From Octopus sinensis (taxonomy: Eukaryota), in the NCBI RefSeq assembly GCF_006345805.1, contig NC_042997.1, forward strand, positions 184,760,001 to 184,824,000: a stretch of DNA of 64,000 bases, in the 5' to 3' direction. The translations under genes and the position numbers were made by a program. Of the stretch, positions 11,136 through 22,674 are shown in pieces (the first letter of the stretch is position 1; each line of letters starts with the position of its first letter). A model generated the notes under the pieces. It searched no databases. It was not told the origin of the DNA and saw only the letters and a list, made by a program, of their open reading frames with translations.

Positions 11136-11487
11136 TCAGAGTCGAATGCCATTGCTTTGGTTATTAACATATTGACATATATGGAGGGATATATGGTGAT
11201 GTATATAAAGTTCCTTTGACTTATGTCTTTAAAACTTCATGTATTCATGGATCCATATTTCCATTTGATGACTATTCTACAAACGAGTTCTTTAGCAGAC
11301 ATGTTTTTTCTGATATAATTAGTAGATGACAGTAAGACTTTTCAATAAGTGTTGTAGAGTTTGGCCAGTGAAAAGCTAGTGTTCGTTGTTAGCAAAAAGA
11401 TGATGAAGGCGGGTTAGCTGAAACTTCGATGGCACTGTCAACTATTTCGTTCTAATTGTTAATAAATATGTACTCTACTGAAAGTTC

Positions 11488-11690
11488 AAGGCGTATGCAC
11501 CAGTGGTAAGAGTATGACACTTAGAATCGTGTAATCGTAGTTTCGATTCTCGGGTGAAAATACGTTGTGTTGTTGCGCAGAATATTATATTTCATTTCAT
11601 GTTGCTTTAATCGACTCAGATGTAAATGAATTCCGGCAATAGCTGGGAAGTAAACCCTACAAAGGACGATTTTCCCATTCAGGATGGGGC
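11488..11690 (+). mobile_element. Old, diverged tRNA-derived SINE
   Basis: CCAGTGGTAAGAG A-box-like and GTTTCGATTCTC B-box-like motifs followed by a degraded body. Confidence 0.45.
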
Positions 11691-11779
11691 TTTTGTTTAA
11701 TATTTATGCTTTGTATATAACGTGGCATAAAAACAAACATTAATATATAATTTATATACATGTGCGTGTATGTATATGC

Positions 11780-12182
11780 ATGCATACATACATACGTATA
11801 CATACATACATACATACATACATACATAATACATACATACATACATACATACATACACATACATACATACGTATCCACATACATACATACATACGTATCC
11901 ACACACATACATACATACGTATACACACACATTATGGCTGCCCCCTCGTTATCGAGTATGGCCATTGCACGAAGCTTAACTGTTACTGGTGCTGTGATCG
12001 AATGTGACTTTTTAGCCCAGCCAAAGATCTACAATGTCTTGTACAGAATTGGCAACTAAAACCACACACACACACACACAGACACACACACATACATACA
12101 TACATACATACATACATACATACATACATACATACATACATACATACATACATACATACATACGTACGTACATGCATACATA
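11780..12182. repeat. (CATA)n/(CA)n arrays flanking an RTE tail
   Basis: Directly visible at about 11780-11930 and 12064-12182. Confidence 0.95.
11931..12063 (-). mobile_element. 3' end of an RTE-clade LINE with C-terminal C2H2 finger
   Basis: GFSCQFCTRHCRSLAGLKSHIRSQHQ* then the RTE-like tail ATGGCCATACTCGATAACGAGGGGGCAGCCATAAT. Confidence 0.75.
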
Positions 12183-12603
12183 CAGAAATGAGGGTGTGTA
12201 TGTAGTCGTGTGCATTCTCGTACGCACAACACAAATATATAAATGTATTGTGAGAAATTAGACATGTAGATACATGAATACATATATGTGAAAATGTGGT
12301 GTTTGCACATGCGCGTTTAGAGTTTCACACGTACGTATGTCTTTGTTCTAGCAACTATACGTATTTGCGAGATGTACACACGCAATTAAATTCGGTAAGG
12401 AATTCAATCAGCTGGTTATGCATCAGTTGAGATAAACAAATCTATTAGTCATTTTCGCGTTTTTATTTTTTTCTGAAACACGTTTCGGCTGATTGGTTAT
12501 GGTTACCGATTTACACATTCTATCAAATTTTATCTGTCCCTGATTGTCTGTCCAATCTCTGTTTGTCTGTTTGTCTGGCGACCTAGATGTGTCCTTTCGT
12601 TAT

Positions 12604-12644
<41 letters not shown>

Positions 12645-12646
<2 letters not shown>

Positions 12647-13064
12647 CTTTTTACTCTTTTACTCTTTTACTTGTTTCAGTCATTTGACTGCGGCCATGCT
12701 GGAGCACCGCCTTTAGTCGAGCAAATCGACCCCGGGACTTATTCTTTGTAAGCCTAGTACTTATTCTATCGGTCTCTTTTGCCGAACCGCTAAGTGACGG
12801 GGACGTAAAATACACCAGCATCGGTTGTCAAGCAATGCTAGGGGGACAAACACAGACACACAAACATATACACACACACTTATATATATATACATATATA
12901 CGACAGGCTTCTTTCAGTTTCCGTCTACCAAATCCACTCACAAGGCATTGGTCGGCCCGGGGCTATAGCAGAAGACACTTGCCCAAGATGCCACGCAGTG
13001 GGACCGAACCCGGAACCATGTGGTTGGTTAGCAAGCTACTTACCACACAGCCACTCCTGCGCCT
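12645..13064 (-). mobile_element. SINE family A, full copy
   Basis: Reverse complement of full family A with (GTAAAAGA)n-type tail; abuts a (TCTA)n array. Confidence 0.93.
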
Positions 13065-13356
13065 GTCTGTCTTGATATTTAAACGTTTCGTTAGTGTTCT
13101 TTTATTAAGTTCAGATGCTACTAGCTACTCACTATATCAGCTGAAACAATGAGCGACCCTGTAATTAATTATATGACTAGATTACTAGAAAAGTAAGTTA
13201 AATTGCCTGCCTGCAAATCACACATTATCAAAATGAATATAAATGAATATATCAATCAATACAGTCCAATATATACCCAAATACACTATAGTTCTCTCTG
13301 AGCGTATTAAATCATAGCTCTGCTCGATCATAGCTGACTATGGGATAAGTAACAAC

Positions 13357-13742
13357 TTACGGAACACTCCGTCGGTTACGACGACGAGGGTTCCGGTTGA
13401 TCCGAATCAACGGAACAGCCTGCTCATGAAATTAACGTGTAAGTGGCTGAGCACTCCACAGACACGTGTACCCTTAACGTAGTTCTCGGGGATATTCAGC
13501 GTGACACAGAGAGTGACAAGGCCGGCCCTTTGAAATACAGGTACAACAGAAACAGGAAGTAAGAGTGAGAGAAAGTTGTGGTGAAAGAGTACAGAAGGGA
13601 TCACCACCACCCCCTGCCGGAGCCTCGTGGAACTTTTAGGTGTTTTCGCTCAATAAACACTCACAACGCCCGGTCTGGGAATCGAAACCGCGATCCTATG
13701 ACCGCGAGTCTGCTGCTCTAACCACTGGCCATTGCGCCTCCA
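13357..13742 (-). mobile_element. SINE with family C head and tail type 2
   Basis: Head GGCGCAATGGCCAGTGGTTAGAGC..GTTTCGATTCCC, shared central body, distinct 3' portion ending CGTCGTAACCGACGGAGTG. Confidence 0.9.
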
Positions 13743-14111
13743 CCTATGTAACATCAACAAATAGACAAAAACCTGACATCAAAGCGGATTTTGTACGTTT
13801 ATGTAAAATTTGGGCCGGTATACTGATTTAACATTCTGCACTACAGATATCAGAAATTAAATGAAGGGGCATAGTACGGATCATTTTGTCCTTTGCCTTC
13901 TGGTCTATCACCTTCACCGCATACGCTCATACTTTGGTCAGTCGCTAGCCATATTTTCTGCCGTCAAAATCTTACATTAATTATTTCGTCAATACTTCCA
14001 TTTTTGAAAGGAAAATATTTTGAACTTATACATTGAGAAACAAATCATCGGACACAAGACCCACCGACTTTTCTTCATTAGTTTAGGAAGTATGCAAAGA
14101 ATATACACAGC

Positions 14112-14335
14112 AGATACTGCAGGTTGATGGAGGATGTGCAGTCTTGCACAAGCTCAGATGCAGGGACAGAGAGAATTCCACTTCATTGTCTCGCTTCCTC
14201 TGAAGGATCTGTGATCTCCTATGAAACGCCCAGCATCGAACGGACCATCCTCGACAGGGCGCCACTCTAGTCACCTGCAATTTCTAGCTCTGCTTCTGTG
14301 AAAGACTGCACATCCTCCGTCAACCTGTCGTATCT
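14112..14335. repeat. 39-bp inverted repeat pair with 146-bp spacer
   Basis: 14112-14150 versus reverse complement of 14297-14335, 35/39 identical. Confidence 0.9.
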
Positions 14336-15255
14336 ATCAGCAAGAAACAGGAACTATCCTGTTGCTGCCATCTGAGGTATTCCCTCCTAGTAAACGTCAA
14401 TACAGTAGCTGTCGACAACTTGGACATTCAGGTTTAACCTCGGCTACTCCCCAGCATAGGCTGCTCTACAACCAAGGACAGGGTTACCAACATCCAGACT
14501 GGCTGCCAAAGCCTTGTGCATCCCCTACAAACTCACAATTTGGCCTCCATATTCCCGGCTTGCCGACATAAATGAAAACATAAATACACATACAAGTATG
14601 TATATGCACACTCCCACACAGATACTCCTACACATGCCAGCGTACGCATGCACACACGCACGCTCACATACGCATTTGCATACGCGCACACACACACACC
14701 TGCACACACGCACATCCACACAGGTACTCACACTCAGGTGCATAAATTGACGTAACTACCATAGCATATATGGAACCCGTATACATATATATATACTAAC
14801 CTGCTACAACAGCATACATCTATCACAACTCCCTTACACAAATAACAGAAGTATATATATACGCTCAAACCGACACACACAAACACACACACACACACAG
14901 TATCGGTACACGAAACATTACTAGCATATATAACGTCCGCACTCATAAATATCAAATCTTGCGCACCGGTAAACATAAATAACAAGTATATACATACGCA
15001 CACACACGCACACACACGCACACACACGCACCCACACGTCCTAAATATGTTTACGCATACACGCGTATGTAGCAGGCGTGAAGTCACGTGGCTTAGTGGT
15101 TAGGACATTCGGCTCACGAAAATATCTCCTCAACAACAACCCTACTACCACATCCTCACACTAAAACGTTAAAAAAAATCATCAAGCTGCTTGACAACGC
15201 AGGCATCTATCAACAACCTATCATATTCAAAGACATTATAATATTCTAATTCTAG

Positions 15256-15400
15256 CTGTGTGGTAACAAGCTTGTTTCCGACCCACATGGTCCCGGACTC
15301 TGTCTCACTACGTAGCACCTTGGGTAAGTGTTTTTACTATAGCCTCGGTCCGACCGAAGCTTTGTGAAAGAATTTGATGACGGAAACCGAAAGACGCCCG

Positions 15401-15402
<2 letters not shown>
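15256..15402 (+). mobile_element. SINE family A 5' half ending in (TA)n
   Basis: ACCTTGGGTAAGTGTTTTTACTATAGCC..GACGCCCGTC followed by (TA)n. Confidence 0.8.
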
Positions 15403-15477
<75 letters not shown>

Positions 15478-15483
15478 ATATAT

Positions 15484-15887
15484 CCATGTTGATTCGCTAG
15501 CCTCTGCACGCATTTTCTTTCTCTCCTTGTTTCTCTCCGTGTTTCTTTTCTATTGAAGAGCGTAGGCTCGAAACGTAAAAGACTTGTTTTATTTATATTC
15601 CTGAGCGCCATACTAATACAATTGTTTGTTTGTATTCCACCTGCCTTCGTCTTTTGTTTATTTTCATAAAGCTTCCCGTTATATATATATATATACGCCA
15701 TGATAGATCGTTAGCTACTACACACATTTTTTTCTCTCCTTGTTTTTTTTCTGTGTATCTTTCTGTAGAAGAGCGTAGGCTCGAAACGTAAAAGAGTTTT
15801 TCTCTTCCTGAGCGCTATACTAATACATCTGTTTGTTTGTACTCCACCTGCCTTAGTCTTTTGTTTATTTTCGTAAACTTCCCCTTT
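15484..15887 (+). repeat. Tandem pair of about 195-bp Penelope-type terminal repeats (family H1), each ending in (TA)n
   Basis: Units 15484-15680 and 15696-15887 share GAAGAGCGTAGGCTCGAAACGTAAAAGA and CTGAGCG..ACTAATAC; third copy at 39687. Confidence 0.8.
15758..15795 (+). ncRNA. Minimal hammerhead-ribozyme-like motif (variant core CUGUAGA)
   Basis: Stem I TCTTT/AAAGA, core CTGTAGA+A, stem II GAGC-GTAG-GCTC, GAAA, palindromic ACGT stem III, H17=A. A more decayed copy at 15544-15582. Confidence 0.55.
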
Positions 15888-15949
15888 ATATATATATATA
15901 TATATATATAAATATATATATATGTAAACTTAGATAAACTTAGATATGT

Positions 15950-16180
15950 TTTGACCAAAGATTGGTCCAGGCCATCTCTAACTTAATACCACCACCTGAT
16001 AGGGTTATCTAAATCCTGTTTAAATCAAGTTTTGTTTATGTAGTGAGTTCTTGTTGAGTGAGTTGTATCCAGGTATGGGTGGCTTATCCAGTATTCCTTG
16101 GAGAAATCTGTCCAGACTCCGTTTAAAGGTGATGGGATCCTTTTCCTCTTTCATCTCTTTCTAGACAACGTTTAAAACCG
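15950..16180 (-). mobile_element. CR1-like LINE 3' end
   Basis: KEMKEEKDPITFKRSLDRFLQGILDKPPIPGYNS, homologous to the C-terminus at 55680-55820. Confidence 0.75.
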
Positions 16181-17184
16181 TTGTTTGTTCTTTTCCGTCT
16201 CCGTAAATAAGTGGTTCGGCATAAGCGTCCGATAGAATATGTATCGGGCTTAAAAAAACATAAGTACTGGGGTCATGTCATTCAACTAAAGATTCTTCAA
16301 GGCGGTGAAGTAAAAGATAAAAGACATTTTCCAAGACAGTCCGATTACTAATTAATATAACTAAAAGATTATAAATACCTACTCTGTCTCAAAAATAGGA
16401 AAATTAAACTATGAATTATTGGGAAATATCAATATTATTCGCTCTACAGAATCGAGTTCACTTTTACTCAACAATTTGCAGATCATGATTCCATTCGCAG
16501 TTTCTTTCATTGTAACTAGGCATTCTGCCAAGTGTTAACGAAACGGTACGATTATTTCGTAAAAGTCAACTTTATCAAATATTCATTCTAAATACTTTGA
16601 GTACCGAAAAAACTTCCATTCGACAGCGGCTACATCTGTTTCTAGCAACAGATTTTAATGATTATATATATATATATATGAATATACATGCATGCATACG
16701 TACACACATACATATGTGTTTACATGTGTATATGTGTGTATGTATACAGGAAGTCAGAACAAAAGCCCAAATAGGTTACATATATTTTATGATATACAAA
16801 GCTTTTCTTAAGCTATGCTTTCTATATTAAGTTGCAAATCTATTATATCCAAAAAGGTCATGTAAATATCTGCTATTGAAATATGTAGGCGTTGTATTTA
16901 CACTAGCATCACGACTGCGCTGTTTTTCCATCTTATTAAGTCATTTAACCTCTTCAGGTGCTATCACTTGACTCCTAATTTGACCTTTCATACATAATCA
17001 GGAAATTTGTAGGATACAGCCCTACCCAATACTTATTGTGACTTGTCATTCTTTTTCTCCCACACAATTCAGAAATCCATATGTTATTTGTCTTCTTATA
17101 ACTTGGATCTAAAATTTACAAAATCACATTAAAGCACACAGCACGCAACATTTTTTTTTTTTTTTTAGATGTTCTGTATGAGAA

Positions 17185-17528
17185 TTCTGAGACCCCTTTC
17201 GGTCACGACTCAGACCATGGGATTGCACCTAGAAAGTTACCCCCCCAGGCACAAGTCCTGGCAAGGTTGTTGATGGAAGACCCGCAGTCGCCCATGCATA
17301 CCGGCCTCCCCTCTCCACGCCAACGATGTTATCCAAGAGAAAGGCAAAGGCCAATACAGCTTGGCACCTGTGACGTCACAACTCATTTCTACAGCTGAGT
17401 GAACTGGAGCAACGTGAAATAAAGTGTATTGCTCAACAACACAACACGCAGCCCGGTCCGGGATTCGAGCTCACAACCTAACTATCGTAAGCTCGACGCT
17501 CTAACCACTGAGCCATGCGCCTTCACAT
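17185..17528 (-). mobile_element. tRNA-derived SINE family F
   Basis: Head GGCGCATGGCTCAGTGGTTAGAGCG..GCTCGAATCCC, CORE-like TTGAGCAATACACTTTATTTCAC..CAGCTGTAGAAATGAG, distinct GC-rich tail. Confidence 0.85.
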
Positions 17529-17959
17529 GAGACTATACATATGTATTAATACATAGGACACGAAGGAAATTAAGATGTGGGCGACAGAATATGTTCTTAT
17601 CGATACCTAATTTTCAACGGACTGCAACATTTTAAAATTCAATTGGGATACATTAACCATATGCAATATCTGGAAATAAAATGAATGTGAAGATTGGAAT
17701 AGAAACCTGTCTATAACAATAGGTGGCTTTTTGAATAATAGAAACACGCGTAACCCAAATCTCGGGACATACGTATAGATACATACTCATACATGAAATA
17801 GTGCTACAATTCACTGCCGACATATTACTACGTATAACAGAGAGCAGATTCAATAAAGCAAAGAGAAAATAACAAATAAATCTCAAAGACCGGAGAACTG
17901 TGCTTGATTATGCAGAAACGGTTCGCAATAAAACAACCGGAAATAATAATAGCAGCAGT

Positions 17960-17981
17960 AATGGTAGTGGTGGTGGTGGTG

Positions 17982-18039
<58 letters not shown>

Positions 18040-18064
18040 CATCTTCTTCACGATGATATTCATT

Positions 18065-18129
<65 letters not shown>

Positions 18130-18130
18130 G
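17960..18130. repeat. Compound (GGT)(ATT)n(ATC)n(ATT)n trinucleotide array
   Basis: Directly visible; source of the poly-N/D/I/M ORFs. Confidence 0.97.
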
Positions 18131-18159
18131 TTTTTTTCCTTCTTTCTTCAAATTTTCTT

Positions 18160-18530
18160 CCGTTTCTGTGTACGACGTTCAACATTTTGATAGAAGATCC
18201 ATTTTTCGTCACCAGTCACAAGTCTATCCAAAAAGGGTGAAATGAGTTCGCGAGAATGGAGAGAAGAGCAGATGTCAACTCGGGATTTGCGGTTGCTTTC
18301 GGATAATTAATGAGGCACCCATTTTCCAAGTTTAGGAAACTTTCCATGTTGTTGAAGACGACGATGAACTGTTGTATGGTTTGAACTAAACTTTATTGCC
18401 AATTCTTCAACTGATAATGCTGGATTTTCTTCAAGTAATGCTTCAAGGAGCTTATCATCAAGCTCAACTGGACGTCCTGTTCGATCTTCATCTTCGAAGC
18501 TTAAATTGGCCTCAACACCTATGTGAAAAA
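18160..18530 (-). pseudogene. mariner transposase fragment (HTH to first catalytic D)
   Basis: EDEDRTGRPVELDDKLLEALLEENP..KLGKWVPH*LSE..LDRLVTGDEKWIFY; WVPHEL and TGDEKW mariner motifs. Confidence 0.9.
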
Positions 18531-18574
18531 CTCTGATAATTGGATGTTAAAACATCATACTCAGTAACATTGCC

Positions 18575-19325
18575 CAGCTGATATTGAAAGGACGGGTGTC
18601 ATTTTCCTTCAATTGACAGACATGTTTTGCAAGACTTGTTGCTGTCCTATTCTTCGGGTATTGTGAGAATAACACCTAGTCTTGAATGAATTTTCCGAAG
18701 CCCCTGTATATGTTTTATATTCTTGTGAACCATCTGTAGCTCTATAAGCTATTCCTTTTGCAAGACATTTTCCTTCTAGCGGACAGCAAGTCTGGTCTTT
18801 GAAATTGCAATTCTTCTGATTAAATTCGGCATTGTGGTTGCTTGTAATGATTTTTGTGTTATGCTGATTAATAAAAGAGGCGAAGATTTTTGCAACAAGA
18901 ATAGCTAACCTTCAGTGTTCTCTTATTAAAAATTCTATAGAACTTATGGCTAGTTTGAAAATGTTTAGAAATTAGTTTTAAGAATTCCTTACCTATATTT
19001 GTTTTTACGGCAATATTAAACACCGGATTAAATCACAAAATTTTCCTTGTTCCAGCTCTATGTGGTCTATTATTGCTAGAACTAGTTTGACTATACTAGG
19101 TCTTCCTCGATAATCCACTGTTCCTTAATGCATTATTATAATACTACACAGCATTTTGAAACACTGTCTCGTCTGAAGATATGGATAATATGCGCCTTCA
19201 TATATTACTAACTAGGTTCTTAAGAATTACGGGTGGACGATTTGATTCTCTGTTAATATAAAATCACTTTTCATTAGGCTTACGGTAGGGTTTCTATTTA
19301 TCTAATTGCAAATCTACCTTAATAT
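18575..19325 (-). pseudogene. Penelope-like element fragment: RT thumb, Cys-rich linker, GIY-YIG endonuclease
   Basis: KPYRKPNE..YINRESNRPP..*FNPVFNIAVKTNIGKEF..LKVSYSC..CNFKDQTCCPLEGKCLAKGIAYRAT..YTGASENSFKTR..TSLAKHVCQLKEN; multiple stops. Confidence 0.88.
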
Positions 19326-20250
19326 CTAAAAAATCTACATAACAGCAGTGATGAGTACATACTATCGTATCACTGCTTATTGCCTCTATGAATATACGAA
19401 TGGAGACAGTTATAAAAATTTATATACATACATGCATACAAGCATACATACATACATACGTACGTACGTACGTACATACATACATACATACATACATACA
19501 TACATACTACATACATACATACATACAATGCCCTATTGTTGATGTTGAAATTCCAATGAAGAAGCCTTGAATCTAGGTTAGAAACCGACTCTTTCTCTAT
19601 TGGCAAGAAATCTTGGAATAAAACTGAATAAGGACATACATGCATAGCATTACTGGTGGAACACATCATTAAAAACATCAGTTCGTTGAGTGACTTTTCA
19701 TTTGTACCTATCATATAAGTGCATTAAGTTATGCACTAACAAATTTGATCAAAAATCTAGAAATACTATGATTTTCGAGGAAAGAGCAAAAGAAACTGAT
19801 GCAGATTTTCCGAATCCAATCTATTAATAGCACAGTGAAAATTTGTAAAATATTCATAGATATTCCATCTGAGATTCTTATGTGTATAGATGCACACACT
19901 TGCGTGTATGCATCAACAGTTCAACCAACACATATACTGAGCCACATTTAAAAAAAACACCGGAAATTCTCTGAACTCGAATAGTCTTGTCACTTTGTTA
20001 GCAGTCGGTTTGACCGCTCTCAAGAAAAGCTTGAATTAAACTCAAAGAAAAAGCATACTCACATACATACATACATACACACACATACATACATATTTAC
20101 ATACATACATACGTGCATGCATTCATACAAATATGTTTGTATAAATCATTATAACCGTCTCCATTCATATATACACCGAGGTAGTTTTTGTCACTTGTGT
20201 ACAATATCTTGTGGTTAACATTTAAGCTCTTTGACTTATTTAAGAAACAT

Positions 20251-20651
20251 AGGCGTAGGAGTGGCTGTGTGGTAAGTAGCTTGCTTACGAACACATGGTT
20301 ACGGGTTCAGTCCCACTGCGTGGCACCTTGAGCAAGTGTTTTCTACTATAGCCTCAAGCCGACCAAAGCCTTGTGAGTGGATTTGGTAGACGGAAACTGA
20401 AAGAAGCCCGTCGTATAGAAGTATATATATGTGTATGTGTGTGTGTGTTTGTGTGTCTGTGTTTGTCCCCCCCCCCCAACATCACTTGACAACCGATGGC
20501 GGTGTGTTTACGTCGGCAAAAGAGACCGATAGACTAAGTACTTGGCTTACAAAGAATAAGTCCTGGGGTCGATTTGCTCGACCAAAGGCGGTGCTCCGGC
20601 ATGGCCACAATCACATGACTGAAAGAAGTAAAAGTGTAAAAGAGTAAAGAG
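20251..20651 (+). mobile_element. SINE family A
   Basis: Full layout with a small deletion in the 3' module. Confidence 0.92.
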
Positions 20652-21972
20652 TATATATAGATACACATGTAAGTATACTTGTTATACTGACACGTAGATG
20701 TACACTTGTTATTTGAAAACTATTTCTCACTGAAGTATTTAAATAATTCTACATTGTTTCACAAGTTCACTTCTGTTTCAAGAGCTCTTACTTTGTGGCT
20801 GTTGTTGATACAAACTATATTGCCTTTACGTACTATTTTTTGAACTCTCTTAATTCTATTTAGATAAAAGAAATTCATTGTTCGTACATAAAATGAAAAT
20901 AGCGAACGTTCTCATTTTCTCACATTCACAAATAAAACAAAAGTGTTTTACACATAAAATAAGATTAGAGTTGAATGATAAGTTGAATTAATTGATGAAT
21001 AATTACATAGTATAATTATAGCGAACTAATGTTTCTTTGCATGTTAGGTAATGCGTAAACGAGACAACGTTAGCAATCGTGATTGTTATATTAAGGAAAA
21101 TTTAATTAAACTCAATTTGCTTACTATTAATTAATGTAAACATACTATATTCAGAATTAATGAAATGTAAAAAAATTTTCTTAAAATTCTAATAAATTTA
21201 TAAATTTTATTTACTGGGGAAATATTTCACCTGGAAATCTATTCAGTGGATGATAATGTATTTGGTAGTGTAATGATAAAATATGCAGTTATATTAGAAT
21301 GTAAAATGTCTTCAAAGTGATCTGATTTGTCGCAACTACTATTTTGTAACTTTTCTGTTTCTTAAATAAGCCATGTAGCTTGACCGATTTAATTCGTTTA
21401 GGAAATATCTGTTAGAGATGTCGTTGTCAATTATTTCACAGATAGAACATGTTAAAAGAAAAGAAGAAGGCGAGAAAGATATGAGACGATATAAAAGTGA
21501 TATGAAATTTCTTTAAAAAAAAAAAAAGGAAGAAGATTTTGCTGAATATCTTCAAGAAGTTTTCTACGAAAAACTAAAACAGAAAAGAAAAATTATGAAA
21601 ATTAAGGAAGAATGATATGAATATTCATCCAGAAAAAGTAATATAATGTATCTTCATAAAAAGGAAAAAAATGACTGGAAGACATTTATTGGATATTACT
21701 TGAAAAGAAAACTTGATATCAACGTTATTCAATGAATATCGCTAATGTGAAGACCACTTTTTATATGACACGATCTATCTTCAAGTAAAAATATTTCCGT
21801 TCATTTTTCAACATACAGATAGTAAATTAAATGAAAATTTATAACTAATGCTGACTCTTTCGGTTTGTATGCTTCAGTAGTAAATTTTCATCAATGTGTT
21901 AATGTAATGATTTCGGTCTTGAAATCCACTCTTAGGGGGTGGATAATATCTATTATTAACATTTCCAAACAG

Positions 21973-21980
21973 AAACTCAG
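21973..21980 (+). CDS. Candidate 8-nt micro-exon (AAACTCAG), phase 0-2
   Basis: ATTAACATTTCCAAACAG acceptor, CAG|GTTTGT donor; frame-compatible with candidates at 4918 and 37993. Confidence 0.22.
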
Positions 21981-22243
21981 GTTTGTGCGAGAAATTACTT
22001 GAGGTAAAAGGAGAAACATAGATAATATAGGCTAATTGTATACAAAATGCAGCTTTTTGTAATTTTTTGCTTTATTTGTATATTCATATTTATATCATAT
22101 ATGTTCATCATATCCCAAATCTTGTCATCTAAATTAAGCAAATTTGCCCTCCGAGTAAAATGACATCGTAATAGAGAGTTGCTGGCGAAATTACTCCCCC
22201 CCTCATCTTTGTTAACTGTTAGCTGTCTGCTAGCAACTTTTCT

Positions 22244-22674
22244 AGGCGCAGGAGTGGTTGTGACGTAAGTAGCTTGCTTACCAGCCACGTGGTTCTGGGT
22301 TCAGTCCGACTGCGTAGCAACTTGGGCAAGTGTCTTCTACTATAGCCTCGGGCCGACCAAAGCCTTGTGAGTGGATTTGGTAGACGGAAACGGAAAGAAG
22401 CCCGTCGTATATATGTATATATATATATATATATACATCTGTATGTATATGTGTGTGTATATGTTTGTGTGTCTGTGTTTGTCCCCCCAGCATTGCTTGA
22501 CAACCGATGCTGGTGTGTTTACGTCCCTGTAATTTAGCGGTTCGGCAAAAGAGACTGATAAAATAAGTACTAGGCTTACAAAGAATAATTCCTGGGATCG
22601 AATTCCTTGATTAAAGGCGATGCTCCAGCATGGCCGCTGTCAAATAACTGAAACGCGTAAAAGAGTAAAAGAGT
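22244..22674 (+). mobile_element. SINE family A
   Basis: Full layout. Confidence 0.92.

Noticed and set aside
13690-13742. tRNA-like sequences at SINE heads (also 3141, 17460-17528, 35695, 57200-57264)
   Set aside because: They have A and B boxes but run into SINE bodies without a 3' acceptor stem; not tRNA genes.
17828-18190. Poly-N/D/T, poly-I and poly-M ORFs
   Set aside because: Produced by the (ATT)n/(ATC)n array; no flanking domain or splice support.
18690-18712. TATACAGGGG on the minus strand as a mariner TIR
   Set aside because: It is the YTG codons of the Penelope GIY-YIG motif, in frame with the surrounding PLE.
21442-21615. K/E-rich exon-like stretch after TTTCACAG
   Set aside because: In-frame stop at an A run and no convincing donor; may be an old pseudo-exon but unsupported.
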